64,000 nucleotides of DNA from an uncultured delta proteobacterium (GCA_963815145.1 CAWFFS010000027.1:52737-116736), one strand, 5' to 3'; shown: positions 51,467 through 62,392, counted from the stretch's first letter. Notes: generated by a model not told the origin, from the letters alone. Translations and numbers: made by a program.

Positions 51467-51613
51467 GGGCTTGAATTGTCTCCCTTTATTCTTTAAATAG
51501 TTTTGACATTAACCGGATTATTCTCATGTATCACCCCTCTCCTGGACAACATTGCAGTCATGCGGTTAAGTCTTCTTTAAATTTCAAAATTTCGATTACC
51601 AGGAGTTAATCTC

Positions 51614-51646
51614 ACTTACTAAGTTAGCTTGACTAACTTAGTAAGT
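51614..51646. promoter_or_regulatory. Palindromic operator (probable TetR site) overlapping a minus-strand promoter
   Basis: ACTTACTAAGTTAG-N5-CTAACTTAGTAAGT perfect IR; TTGACA on the minus strand at 51659-51664. Confidence 0.7.
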
Positions 51647-52090
51647 TCTGCTAACTCTTGTCAATCACTTTTACAATCATGGCGTAAATTTATTTTCGAA
51701 TATATTATAATGTCAAATTTACTCCTTTTATTGTGCAGGTAAATCATGGCGATTTTATTGAGAAGTGCAAAGTCTAATAACTCGTCGCTTGCGGCGGTCA
51801 AAATAGATTTAATCAATAATTGATACCCCGTTGCTTGCTGCAGGGTTGTTCATTGAAATGACATCCTGATAGGAAAACCAATTGAAGGAATTAATCTATT
51901 AATGTAAATATATAGATAGAGCCAGTTTCTAAACGCTCGATTTTAAGCAATATCTGTGTCAGACTCAAATTATAATCCCCAAAATACTATGTGTATTCCT
52001 GTGGTTATAATTTTTGTCTTCCTTGATCTTGCTCAAACTTAAACGTTTTGAAACCACCTCGATAAATTAATAAAATAAAAAAAGAGAATA

Positions 52091-52696
52091 ATGATAATGA
52101 AATCTTACAGATCTATTCGAAGGGAACAGACAAAGGAAAAAATAATTTCGGAAGCAATAAACAGCATCAATGAGTCCGGCCTTGAAAACCTGAATTTTAA
52201 ACGCATTGCACAAAATCTTAATTATTCATCAACAGCCTTGTATAAATATTTTAAAAACAAACAGGAACTTATAGATGAAGTAAAGATTGAAGGCGAAAAA
52301 AGGGCAATTGAATACGTTTTTAAAAAAAAGCAAAAAGATCTTGAGGCGGATGAATTACTTTTTGAAGTAACCAATAGACTGCTCAAGTGGGCCAAAAATA
52401 ATGCTAATCTTTTTATGGTCACATACGCCAACAAAAAAGAATCCCCATCTTCGGACAAAAGGTCCGGTGAAAACAGTCCGATGTTTAATAAATTTTCTGA
52501 AATTATTAAAGAGCGTTTTGAAGAAGGTGACTTAAAACTTCCGGATGATTTCTCATTCAGTTCTTTTCTTACAATGCTGATATATTTGATTTACGGTATA
52601 TCAATAGCACGTGTTGTTTTTGATACTGATGTTCCGACAAAATTCGATAAAAATATTTCCTTGATGTTAAAATCTCTTTATAAAATGTTTGTTTAA
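52091..52696 (+). CDS. TetR/AcrR-family regulator
   Basis: HTH IAQNLNYSSTALYKYFKNKQEL; divergent from the GRE cluster. Confidence 0.9.
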   Translation: MIMKSYRSIRREQTKEKIISEAINSINESGLENLNFKRIAQNLNYSSTALYKYFKNKQELIDEVKIEGEKRAIEYVFKKKQKDLEADELLFEVTNRLLKWAKNNANLFMVTYANKKESPSSDKRSGENSPMFNKFSEIIKERFEEGDLKLPDDFSFSSFLTMLIYLIYGISIARVVFDTDVPTKFDKNISLMLKSLYKMFV

Positions 52697-52788
52697 ATAA
52701 GACTCAACATCTTTTTTCTATGTTAGGTTCGGCCGCGTATCCTTCTGATATTTCAATATATAACGCTCTACTATTTTGGGAGGTAACA

Positions 52789-52884
52789 ATGAAACAATTT
52801 AAATGGTTTACATTCAACTGGTGGGTTCTTCACATTTTGGCCGTATTATTTTTCTTCTGGCTCGGTCATGCAATTCATTTTTAA
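52789..52884 (+). CDS. 31-aa hydrophobic microprotein (below ORF-track cutoff)
   Basis: RBS GGGAGGT; MKQFKWFTFNWWVLHILAVLFFFWLGHAIHF. Confidence 0.55.
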   Translation: MKQFKWFTFNWWVLHILAVLFFFWLGHAIHF

Positions 52885-53051
52885 CAGTTTGCGGTTCTCA
52901 AAGATATTCCGGTATTGCTCTGTTAGTTTTATCAACCGGTAAATGGCATTCAAAATCGCCTAACAAGTCTCCTCGCAAGCTGCGGCAAGAAGCCTCCTTC
53001 ATATATTGTCGAACATTGAGAGCCAGCCTGCTGTATCACCCTTGCACTGTT

Positions 53052-53966
53052 TCACCGTTTAACGACAATACCTGTGAGCTTATAGAGGTGTTCGAATCCG
53101 TAATTGGTCAGGTAAACACCGGACAGGACCAGTACTGTTCCGACTAAAAGCGAGATGGTTATGGGTTCACCCAGGAGCAGGAACCCCATGAAGATGGCAC
53201 TAATGGGAACCAGGTTGATGAAGAGGCCTGCACGTGTGGCACCGATATGTTCTATGCCCTGGTAGTACCAGACAAATCCAAACGCAGTTCCAAAGATGCC
53301 GAGGAATAATATATTGCCCCAGTCGCGGAATGTATAGGAGCCAAGATTTTCAAAGACGCCATCCATGATGGCTGGAAAGAGAAGTAATAACGCTCCCACG
53401 GTTGACGCATAGGTAATGGCTGTCAGCGGTGATATATGTGCGACCACAGTCTTACCGATCAGCGAAAATGCCACCCAGCTTAACACGCACCCAAAAATCA
53501 TCACATCGCCCCAACCGAAAGCACCCCCCAACAGCCCTGCCACATCTCCTTTTGATATGGCAATGACAGCACCAGTCACCGAAACGAGTACTCCCAGTGA
53601 TTTGATCAGGCCCAGCCGCTCATGGAAAATGAGGCTTGCAAACACAGCGATGAAGATCGGATTGTTTGCAACGATTACCGATGCCCGGCCTGCATCAACC
53701 GAATGCATACCCCAGAGGAATAAAATATTATAACTGAATATGCCGGTAAGGCTGAGAAAAAATATAGGCAGAAAAAGACGCTTTGAAACACGAGGAAAGC
53801 CGCGGTTTTTTCTATAAAGTACAATCAGCAGAATCGAGGATGCTGCTACGAATCGCAAAAAAGCTGCACAAAAAGGAGAGACATGCCCCGCAAGCAGTCG
53901 GCCTGCAATAAAAGTCCCTCCCCAGAATATCATGGTGAGTATGAGTTTGATGTATATCCCGGACAC
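53052..53966 (-). CDS. DMT/EamA transporter
   Basis: FWGGTF, two EamA repeats, about 10 TM segments. Confidence 0.92.
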   Translation of the reverse strand: MSGIYIKLILTMIFWGGTFIAGRLLAGHVSPFCAAFLRFVAASSILLIVLYRKNRGFPRVSKRLFLPIFFLSLTGIFSYNILFLWGMHSVDAGRASVIVANNPIFIAVFASLIFHERLGLIKSLGVLVSVTGAVIAISKGDVAGLLGGAFGWGDVMIFGCVLSWVAFSLIGKTVVAHISPLTAITYASTVGALLLLFPAIMDGVFENLGSYTFRDWGNILFLGIFGTAFGFVWYYQGIEHIGATRAGLFINLVPISAIFMGFLLLGEPITISLLVGTVLVLSGVYLTNYGFEHLYKLTGIVVKR

Positions 53967-54208
53967 CTGTCAGCTATCCCTTGCCTGAATATGATCTTCC
54001 CCGGCTGATGAAGCGACGAATATAAGCTCATCATCCTGCGAGGTCAAGTGCGAATCCATTGGAAATGAAAGTATTATTGAAATAAGTAAAAAAATCAACT
54101 AACCTTTAATATGATCTGAGCGTGTCAAAAAGACACACGCTGCTTAATAAGTAATGCCTGCCAAATATATTCCACCGCCTGTTAACAGTGGATGAAAGGA
54201 TAGATAAT

Positions 54209-55256
54209 ATGAGTGACAGGACCATAGATTTGAGGAGTGACACGGTTACGAAACCAACACAGGCCATGCGTAAAGCAATGGCCGAAGCGGAAGTAGGCGA
54301 TGATGTCCTTGGAGACGATCCGACAGTAAAGGAGCTGGAGCGACGCACTGAAGAGATCCTTGGCAAGGATGCCGCGGTCTTTGTCCCGTCAGGAACCATG
54401 GCGAATCAGCTGGCACTCCGCTGCCAGACGCAGCACGGCGATGAAATACTGCTCGATGCCAACGCCCATATCTACTGGTACGAAGCCGGTGCATCGGCAG
54501 CACTGTCAGGAGTGATTTGCCGTACTTTGCCGGGAGTGCGCGGGGATATTCTCATCATCCGACGTTCGTACCGCGCTTCGCCCTAAGACATACATTTTCC
54601 ACGGACACGACTGCTTGCAATAGAGAATACGCATAACAGGGGCGGCGGAGCGATCTGGACGCTGGAACAGATACAGGAGGTATGCAGCGTTGCCCGCGAA
54701 GCAGGCATTCGCATCCATCTTGACGGGGCTCGATTATGGAATGCGTCGGTGGCTACAGGAATCCCGGAATCGGAGTATGCCAAGGACTTTGACAGTGTGA
54801 GCGTTTGCTTCTCCAAGGGCCTGGGAGCCCCAGTGGGATCGGCACTCGCTGGAGAGCGCAGAACTTGCGGAAAAAGCCCGTCGTTTCCGAAAGCAGTTTG
54901 GCGGCGGGATGCGGCAATCTGGAATAATCGCGGCCGGTGCGCTAAATGCATTGGAAAACCATCGCGATCGGCTGGCTGATGACCACTCAAACGCGAAACA
55001 ACTCGCGTCAGGGTTGAGCGAGATTCCAGGGATCAGTGTCAACTGCGGCACGATTGACACAAATATGGTTTATTTCGATGTCGGGTACCCTTCTGCTATG
55101 GAATTAACCGGATTATTGAAGGAAATGAACGTACTGGTTTCGCCTACAGGTGAACACACGATCCGTGCTGTGACAAGCCTTGCCGTGGATGCCGATGATA
55201 TCCTCCGGGCAGTCGATGCTGTACGGGACATCATGTCCGTATCACCAGTGCGATAG
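54209..55256 (+). pseudogene. ltaE: Low-specificity L-threonine aldolase with three frameshifts
   Basis: [51 protein letters not shown]; shifts near 54543, 54586 and 54855. Confidence 0.85.
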
Positions 55257-55527
55257 CTGGAAATTGTTGAATATTCTGTAAATTATCGTATTTGATAAAA
55301 AGATACTACATGGGGCAACAGCAGTTTTTTTGATCCCTTTTAATTTAGCAAGGAGAGACGAGATGGAAGAAAATATCATAGCAGACTGTCCGTTTTGCAG
55401 AAGCAGCGATATTGTAAGGAATATCACGATGTCACAGCTGGTCAATGGATAAAATTGACATGTTATTCAATATAAATATATATTATACAGGGCTCTAAAT
55501 TGCTCAACCGAGTTTACTGGAGACGGC

Positions 55528-56643
55528 ATGAAGCAGACGAATACGGCTATAATATGTAATGTTAAACAATACAGGCAGGCAAACGGCTGGTCTCAGCAGC
55601 AACTGGCAGATATGATAGATGTCAGACGCCAGGCGATCTATGATATTGAAAACGGTCGCTATATGCCCAACACCGCCATTGCCCTTCGCATGGCAAAGCT
55701 GTTCGGATGCAGGGTTGAAGACCTGTTTACAGAAGATGATCAGGGGGATAACCAGGCAGTTCACATTATAAACGGTGAAAAAACACCGTTCGCCCGCCTG
55801 GCAATTGGAAAGGTCAGAAACCGGCTGGTCGGCATACCCTTAAGGGGAGACAGATCGACTTCATTCGGTCTTTTACCTGCCGATGGTATTCTCGACCAGA
55901 AGGGCGAAAAGGCCAGGATATTTTCAAGACAGCAGACTGATAAAACCATTATATTAATGGGGTGTGACCCTGCCTTTGAAATCCTGAGCCATCATATTTC
56001 CCGGGTTTCTCCCCGGTCCAGGGTCCATTGCCTGTTCGCCTCAAGTAACCGTGCACTGACAAGCCTTGCGGACGGTGTGACCCATATCGCAGGCACACAT
56101 TTCCACAACAGCGACGAAAATGAATCCAATGTTGAAATTGCCTCACATAAGCTGGGCGGGATGAAGGCCCATGTTATAGGCTTTTCTCTTCTTGAAGAAG
56201 GCCTTATGGTGGCTAAAAACAATCCCCTTGGAATAAGGAATGTCAGCGATCTTGCGCAGCCGATGGTAAGATTTACAAACAGGGAACCGGGAGCTGCACT
56301 CAGAACACTGCTGGACGACATCCTTGCCCGTGAGGGCATAAAGGGGTCAGATATAAACGGATATTACAACGAGACAACCTCCCATCGTGAAGGCGCCTAT
56401 CAGATCGCCTGCCATGTTGCCGATGCGGCACTCGGCTTAAGGGTTATTTCTGATATATACGGGCTTGATTTTGTTCCGCTCACTTCAGTCAGGTGCGATC
56501 TTGTTATTCCGGATGACATGTTGAACCACCCCACAGTGCAGGTCCTTACTGATATCCTGCAATCTGCAGCATTGATTCATGAGATAAACGCCATACCCGG
56601 TTATGAAAGCTCGGCCACAGGCAGGATTATTGCCACGCTGTAA
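55528..56643 (+). CDS. XRE HTH + periplasmic-binding (molybdate-type PBP) domain regulator
   Basis: SQQQLADMIDVRRQAIYDIENG; GCDPA, HIAGTH, FTNREPGAALR. Confidence 0.88.
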   Translation: MKQTNTAIICNVKQYRQANGWSQQQLADMIDVRRQAIYDIENGRYMPNTAIALRMAKLFGCRVEDLFTEDDQGDNQAVHIINGEKTPFARLAIGKVRNRLVGIPLRGDRSTSFGLLPADGILDQKGEKARIFSRQQTDKTIILMGCDPAFEILSHHISRVSPRSRVHCLFASSNRALTSLADGVTHIAGTHFHNSDENESNVEIASHKLGGMKAHVIGFSLLEEGLMVAKNNPLGIRNVSDLAQPMVRFTNREPGAALRTLLDDILAREGIKGSDINGYYNETTSHREGAYQIACHVADAALGLRVISDIYGLDFVPLTSVRCDLVIPDDMLNHPTVQVLTDILQSAALIHEINAIPGYESSATGRIIATL

Positions 56644-56767
56644 ATTTTACAGGACCTTGACAATATCAGGCTGCACAGGTAGTTATATCCCCGGTAGTAA
56701 CGTCTGTTTTACAAAAGGATAATGCACGCCTCAAAATATATAACCAATTTAAAGGAAAATTAATATT

Positions 56768-56938
56768 ATGGATGAAGATAAAAACACAAAACAGCCAAAA
56801 CCGGGGCGAGTAGAGGTTTTTCGTAACCTGCCTGAAAATATATTAAAGACCCTCTCAAAGGATGAAATAAAGGCGTTCATGTTTGATGATGAATGGCCTG
56901 AATCCCTGGCAGAAAAATTAAAGGATTATATAGTTTAG
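56768..56938 (+). CDS. Small hypothetical protein (56 aa)
   Basis: RBS AAGGA; MDEDKNTK..EVFRNLPENILKTLSKDEIKAFMFDDEWPESLAEKLKDYIV. Confidence 0.6.
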   Translation: MDEDKNTKQPKPGRVEVFRNLPENILKTLSKDEIKAFMFDDEWPESLAEKLKDYIV

Positions 56939-57130
56939 GCACTACCCAAAACCGGAGCCTAAAAGTAATGTAAACTTAGGCAATAAGTATCTATAAAACA
57001 GAAAAATCTCTCGCCCGTTCCCTTCGGTCACTAGAGTTCACAGAGAGCACAGAGAAAGGCTAAAAATATAAATAAAAGTTTTTTTCTCTGTGTACTCTGC
57101 GGGCTCTGCGAGATATACGTTTTATCTACC

Positions 57131-57237
57131 CTATGCGCTATGCCCCATGCGCTCTGCGCTCTGCGCTCTGCGCTCTGCGCTCTGCGCTATGCCCCATGCT
57201 CTATGCCCCATGCCCCATGCTCTATGCGCTATGCTCC
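57131..57237. repeat. Heptamer tandem repeat
   Basis: About 15 units of CT(A/C)TGCG / CCATGC(T/C/G). Confidence 0.9.
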
Positions 57238-57245
57238 AAGCTCTC

Positions 57246-57599
57246 TCACCGAGGCAATATAAGGTTGGATTTCTCTGCCTGCTCTTTTTTATCCATCTCC
57301 TGCTGCATCTTTTGTAACCGCTCCATCATTTGAGCCATTTCATTATCCATGGCAGCCGGGAAACGGTCTATTGCCTCTTCAAGGGTTGAGGCATTCAGCC
57401 GTGCCTGAATGGGCAGCGGCCCCTGCGGGGACATAAGCTGTGTATGTCCAACAAAGATCCTGGTTCGGCTTTCATCCACTGTCCCGTCTAAATTAACAGG
57501 TATGAGGACCCGTATTGAGGCTGTCTTGAGATCAGTAATACCTTCTTCTCTATAAAGGTTCTTTTTGTCCACCTTAAAATCTATCTGATTGTCAGCCAT
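57246..57599 (-). CDS. Conserved-looking hypothetical cytoplasmic protein
   Basis: NLYREEGITDLK..GPLPIQA..TLEEAI; RBS AGGAG. Confidence 0.75.
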   Translation of the reverse strand: MADNQIDFKVDKKNLYREEGITDLKTASIRVLIPVNLDGTVDESRTRIFVGHTQLMSPQGPLPIQARLNASTLEEAIDRFPAAMDNEMAQMMERLQKMQQEMDKKEQAEKSNLILPR

Positions 57600-57712
57600 A
57601 TGCTACTCCTGAAATTAAAGGGTTTTTGATTCGTATGTCTTTTTGAAGCTGACACCTATAACCTATTTATTGCTTTTATGCAAATTAGACATTATTTAAC
57701 TCTGTCTTTGCT

Positions 57713-58120
57713 TCAGCCTTCAGCCTTAACTGCTTTAGCCTGCTTTTCAAAATATTCCTTTTTTGAAAAAAATGCCTTATCGAGGATATCCAATTCCTTC
57801 CGGGAACAAACCTTTTTCGCATGAAGTTTTAATTTTTCAGATTTAACAAAGGCATCCTTTATGAGCTTACATGGATATTCATCACAGAACCCGCAATTTT
57901 GAACCTTTCCGGCATTAACACATGACCGGAGTTCCGTGTAAGCGCAGTTATTTTCGGGCCTGCAGCCATAACAGATCAAGTCTTCCGCCGGAAAGTCAGG
58001 GCTTCTTAATCCAAGGCGTACCCATAACTCCTTTACCTTTTCAAGTTCATCCATGCCGCCCTTTTGTGTTGCCACATATCGAGGGCAGAATGCACAGTTG
58101 TCACCGCATGTACCAATCAT
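57713..58120 (-). CDS. DUF3795 Cys-rich protein
   Basis: CGDNCAFCP, CYGC, NCGFCDEYPC. Confidence 0.82.
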   Translation of the reverse strand: MIGTCGDNCAFCPRYVATQKGGMDELEKVKELWVRLGLRSPDFPAEDLICYGCRPENNCAYTELRSCVNAGKVQNCGFCDEYPCKLIKDAFVKSEKLKLHAKKVCSRKELDILDKAFFSKKEYFEKQAKAVKAEG

Positions 58121-58134
58121 GTTTGTCTGTACCT

Positions 58135-59514
58135 CTATTTAAACAATATCCCGCGCTTTTTAAACTCAAAACCAAGCCAGGTCAACCCGGCAAGGAATGT
58201 CATCATATCGGAGATCGGAAATGATACCCACAGGCCTGTCACACCGAAGATCGGGGACAGGATAACAATCATCGGGAAAAGGAATAACAGCTGTCTTGCC
58301 CCGGACAGGATTGTTGCCGGTAAACCTTTCCCAATACCCTGAAAGAAAAAGCCCGGTATCATCTGTATTCCCAGTATAAAGATAAAGATAAAATATATGT
58401 GAACGGCATGAACGCCTTCCTTTAAGAATACCGGATCCGAATTGAACATGGTAAGCATATGCCCTGGGAAAAGCATTATTACTGCCCAGCAGAATCCTGA
58501 CCAGATAATACCCGAAAGGGCAGCCTTCAGGACAAGTTCGGTTACCCTCTTCATTTTACCGGCACCAAAATTATATCCTATAAGGGGTAGTAAGCCCTGC
58601 CCCACACCAATGGCAGGCATCTGGACAAAGCGGCTCACGCGGATGAGTACACCGATCAATGCCAGTGTGATTACACCATGGGATGCGGCAGTCCTGTTTA
58701 CCACTCCCATAACTACGAACTGGACCCCTGACCTTACTATTGACGCCACGCCGATCCTGTATATCTCAAACACGACTCTGGGACGGGGTAGAAAGTAGGA
58801 AGGCCTGAATTTATAACCTGCCCTGCTGGATGTCAGATAGGCAAGATAAACAATCGAACTTGTGGCCTGGGCAATTACAGTGGCAACGGCCGCCCCGGAA
58901 ATCCCCATCGCACGCACAGGACCAAGGCCAAAGATAAATACAGGATCCAGAATGATATTCATGATTGATGAAAAAATCATAACCGAACTGGAGAACACAG
59001 GGTTTCCTTCTGCCCTTATAATGTTGCCAAGGACCATGGAAAGGCACGAAAAAATAAAGCATTTTATCAGTATTGAGACATATTCTTCGGCCAGGGATAA
59101 AACAGCACCTTTTGCGCCAAGCAGGGCCAGTATGGGTTTAATATTCGGCAGGCATACGAGTGCAATAAGGATGCTCAGGAAAGGGCAGAGTGTCATGGCA
59201 ACGCAGGCTGCCCTGTCAGCATTTATCTTATCACCCGCACCAAGGCTCCTGGAGATCAGGGAAGTTGCACCTATTCCGGTACCGGCTGCAAGGGCGAGAA
59301 ACGACATCAAGAGCGGATATGTAACGCTCATGGCTGCCAGGGCTTCAGATCCGAGGCGACCGACAAAAATGGCATCGACCAGATTATATGTCGATGCCAC
59401 TGTCATTGAAATAATGGCCGGTCCCGAGAACCGGAAAAGGAGCCGCCATATGGGGTCTTGGCCCATTGTCTCAGACCTGTTTTGCTTATATCCCCTTAAT
59501 TTATTGTTTTCCAT
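58135..59514 (-). CDS. MATE efflux transporter
   Basis: YNLVDAIFVGRLG, NIILDPVFIF, GAAVATVIAQ. Confidence 0.93.
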   Translation of the reverse strand: MENNKLRGYKQNRSETMGQDPIWRLLFRFSGPAIISMTVASTYNLVDAIFVGRLGSEALAAMSVTYPLLMSFLALAAGTGIGATSLISRSLGAGDKINADRAACVAMTLCPFLSILIALVCLPNIKPILALLGAKGAVLSLAEEYVSILIKCFIFSCLSMVLGNIIRAEGNPVFSSSVMIFSSIMNIILDPVFIFGLGPVRAMGISGAAVATVIAQATSSIVYLAYLTSSRAGYKFRPSYFLPRPRVVFEIYRIGVASIVRSGVQFVVMGVVNRTAASHGVITLALIGVLIRVSRFVQMPAIGVGQGLLPLIGYNFGAGKMKRVTELVLKAALSGIIWSGFCWAVIMLFPGHMLTMFNSDPVFLKEGVHAVHIYFIFIFILGIQMIPGFFFQGIGKGLPATILSGARQLLFLFPMIVILSPIFGVTGLWVSFPISDMMTFLAGLTWLGFEFKKRGILFK

Positions 59515-59605
59515 TAATGTTTTTTACAGATATTAATCTGCTTTTCTTTCCTTCAGACTTCCATGGCCCGGCGTAGCCTTTGGCGAAGACGGCAGCCTGT
59601 ATTGC

Positions 59606-60940
59606 TTACTCACCTGTATGCTGTCTGGCGGCCTTCTTTCCTCTTTCTTCATCAACAAAAAATGCAATAATCACTGCCATTAAAAAAAATGCAGAACAGA
59701 CAAGTATTGCCCTTTGAAGGCCTAAAAGGTTTTGCAGTAATCCCAGACCCATCAGCCCCATTATGGCTGCCAGACGGTTCGAAAAGCTCCATAGACCGAA
59801 AAACTCCCCTGCCTTTGTTTCGGGTGAAAACAACCCTACCATTGCCCGGCAGGCAGACTGCAATGACCCCATCCCAAGCCCTGCAACAGAGCCTATGATA
59901 AGAAAAAGGTGCTCGTTTTTTAAGGATGTGCCGAACAGGTCATTAACAAACCCGGTAATATCGATAACATCATAGATCAGGAATATGGTTATAAACCAGA
60001 GCGCCAGGGTCAATATGAATGTCTTTTTCGCCCCCCATTTATCCTGTATGTTGCCGAATAAAAAGGCCCCGCCCGCGGCAGTCAGTTGTGTGATGATAAA
60101 CATGACTGTCTGGATACCTTTTGACCATCCTATTATCTGGTCACCATATATAAATGCAAAGGATATGACAATGGAAAGCCCCGCGTAGGCAAAGAAAAAC
60201 GACAAGAGAAGAATGATCAGGTCCCTGAATTCCCTGATCTCGTTAAAGGTCTGTTTAAGCCTGTGAAAGCCGACTGAAAAATAGCTTTCATCTTGAGGCA
60301 GCACCTTGGGCAGTGTCCTGTCTTTTACCCAGAGGAACGTCGGGATTGCAGTTACAAGGAAGAACAGACCTGTTACAGGGCCAACCAGCCTGAGATTTGC
60401 AAAATTGCCCAAGGTATATACACCTGCATTGACCCCGAACAACACAATTGCAGTTGAAGCCAGCCCGCCGAAATACCCCAGCCCCCATGCGTAACCTGAT
60501 ATCCTGCCCAGGTCCTCAGGGGGACCAAGCCCCGGAAGAAAACTCGATACAAATGCCTCGCTGTAAGAAAAACCTACATTCGAAAGGATTATCAGAATCA
60601 TCCCCGGTATGATGAACCCGGGTTTCACAAAATAAAGGGCGGCTGTTGCAATAACTGTAAGGATATAACTTCCAAAAAGGAATTTCTTTTTTGTCCCTGT
60701 AAAATCCATTATTGCGCCAAGAATAGGAGATGAGATAAGTACTATCAGGTAGCTGATGGAAAGTGCCACACTCCAGAGGAGATTGCCGAGACGGAATTCC
60801 GGCCCATCGCCCACTATAATCCTGGGGAAAATAATACAAAACACAACAGTAATTATCACTGTGGTATAGGAAGAATTGGCAAAGTCAAACATTGCCCATC
60901 CGAACAACTCTTTACGTGAAGCCCGCCTTAATTCGGACAT
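59606..60940 (-). CDS. MFS transporter (UMF1/ATG22-like)
   Basis: GWAMFDFANS, GRISGYAWGLGYFGG, GEFFGLW. Confidence 0.9.
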   Translation of the reverse strand: MSELRRASRKELFGWAMFDFANSSYTTVIITVVFCIIFPRIIVGDGPEFRLGNLLWSVALSISYLIVLISSPILGAIMDFTGTKKKFLFGSYILTVIATAALYFVKPGFIIPGMILIILSNVGFSYSEAFVSSFLPGLGPPEDLGRISGYAWGLGYFGGLASTAIVLFGVNAGVYTLGNFANLRLVGPVTGLFFLVTAIPTFLWVKDRTLPKVLPQDESYFSVGFHRLKQTFNEIREFRDLIILLLSFFFAYAGLSIVISFAFIYGDQIIGWSKGIQTVMFIITQLTAAGGAFLFGNIQDKWGAKKTFILTLALWFITIFLIYDVIDITGFVNDLFGTSLKNEHLFLIIGSVAGLGMGSLQSACRAMVGLFSPETKAGEFFGLWSFSNRLAAIMGLMGLGLLQNLLGLQRAILVCSAFFLMAVIIAFFVDEERGKKAARQHTGE

Positions 60941-61114
60941 ATTATGTCTCCTTGAAACCAATATATTTAAACACAGGTATTATTTCAAACAAATATGAGC
61001 TTTATTTTGCAATTTCCAGTCAAAAAATTGTAGTTATTAAAGAAATTTAATTTACAATTCGGAGATCGTGAAATATCCTGATAGGATATTTAAAAATGAT
61101 AAGAGAGTGATTTT

Positions 61115-62389
61115 ATGCAATCAATTGATGATAAACCGGAAGAGACAACAGGACCTGGAACAGACAATCAGCCTGAAAAACAGGATAAAAAGAAACCTAA
61201 GGATGAGACGTTTAAGAAAAGGCTTCGCAAGCCTGCCATGATTGTTATAGGCATCGGAATAGTCATTTCACTCATATTTTATATCCACTCGCTTTCCTAC
61301 GAATCCAGCAACGATGCATTCATCGACGGCGACATTGTCCCAGTCAGTGTACGTGTCTCCAGCTATGTAAAAAAGGTATATATTTCGGACAATCAAAGAG
61401 TAAAATCAGGTGATCTGCTTGTTGAACTCGACCCTGAAGATTACAAGGCGCAGCTGAATCTGGCGCAGGCGGCGCTCGAAGCGGCAAAGGCGGTCAATAA
61501 GGCTGATATCATTAATATCGACCTGACGACCGTATCATCTACCTCAGATCTGGATTCAGCACGGGCTGAACTAGACTATGCATCCGCATCACTGGCGGAA
61601 GCCGAGTCGGATCTCAATGCCTCAAAAGCCCGTCACCAGAAGGACCAGGGTGATTTAAAACGATACCGTGATATACCCAATTCTGTCACTGTTCAACAGC
61701 TGGATCATGCCATAGCCGCCGAAAAAGTGTCTGCAGCCGATGTTGAATCAGTCCAACGAAAAGTAACAGCCAAGCAGGCAATGGTACGCCAGGCCGAGGT
61801 AGCGCTTAATAACGCAAAATCCGCTCCGCAACGGATCCAACAGACCCGTTCCAGGGCAGATGTTTCTTCTGCAGATATCCATAAGGCAATGGCAACATTG
61901 AAGCAGGCCGAATTGAACCTTTCATATACCAGAATTTATGCACCCTGTGACGGGTACGTAACGAAAAAAAACGTGGAACCGGGTGCCTATGTTCAGTCTG
62001 GCCAGGGCCTGATGGCTATTGTCTCTCCCAGGGTATGGGTTACCGCAAATTTCAAGGAAACCCAGTTGACTAATATGAAACCCGGACAGCCTGCCACCAT
62101 TTCAGTGGATGCCTATCCCGGTGTTGAATTTGCCGGGCATGTGAAGAGCATACAGCGTGGAACAGGTTCACGCTTCAGCCTCCTTCCGCCTGAAAATGCC
62201 ACGGGTAACTATGTCAAGGTTGTACAGCGCGTACCTGTCAAGATAGTTTTTGACGATTACGAGCAGACACAAAAATATCTGCTTGCCCCAGGCATGTCGG
62301 CAGTACCGGAGGTTAATGTCAAGGCAAGGGTGAATCCTGCAAACCCCGAACCTGCGCCACCCGTAAAAAAGGCGGGGTTCGGATCATAA
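61115..62389 (+). CDS. HlyD/EmrA-type membrane fusion protein
   Basis: ANFKETQL, GSRFSLLPPENATGNYVKVVQRVPVKI. Confidence 0.92.
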   Translation: MQSIDDKPEETTGPGTDNQPEKQDKKKPKDETFKKRLRKPAMIVIGIGIVISLIFYIHSLSYESSNDAFIDGDIVPVSVRVSSYVKKVYISDNQRVKSGDLLVELDPEDYKAQLNLAQAALEAAKAVNKADIINIDLTTVSSTSDLDSARAELDYASASLAEAESDLNASKARHQKDQGDLKRYRDIPNSVTVQQLDHAIAAEKVSAADVESVQRKVTAKQAMVRQAEVALNNAKSAPQRIQQTRSRADVSSADIHKAMATLKQAELNLSYTRIYAPCDGYVTKKNVEPGAYVQSGQGLMAIVSPRVWVTANFKETQLTNMKPGQPATISVDAYPGVEFAGHVKSIQRGTGSRFSLLPPENATGNYVKVVQRVPVKIVFDDYEQTQKYLLAPGMSAVPEVNVKARVNPANPEPAPPVKKAGFGS

Positions 62390-62392
62390 AAC

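Noticed and set aside
55363-55452. 29-aa ORF with CPFC and an RBS
   Set aside because: Only one CxxC pair and very short; it cannot be distinguished from a remnant or chance.
57090-57333. ORFs with ALCPM/LRSA repeats
   Set aside because: They are translations of the heptamer tandem repeat and not credible proteins.
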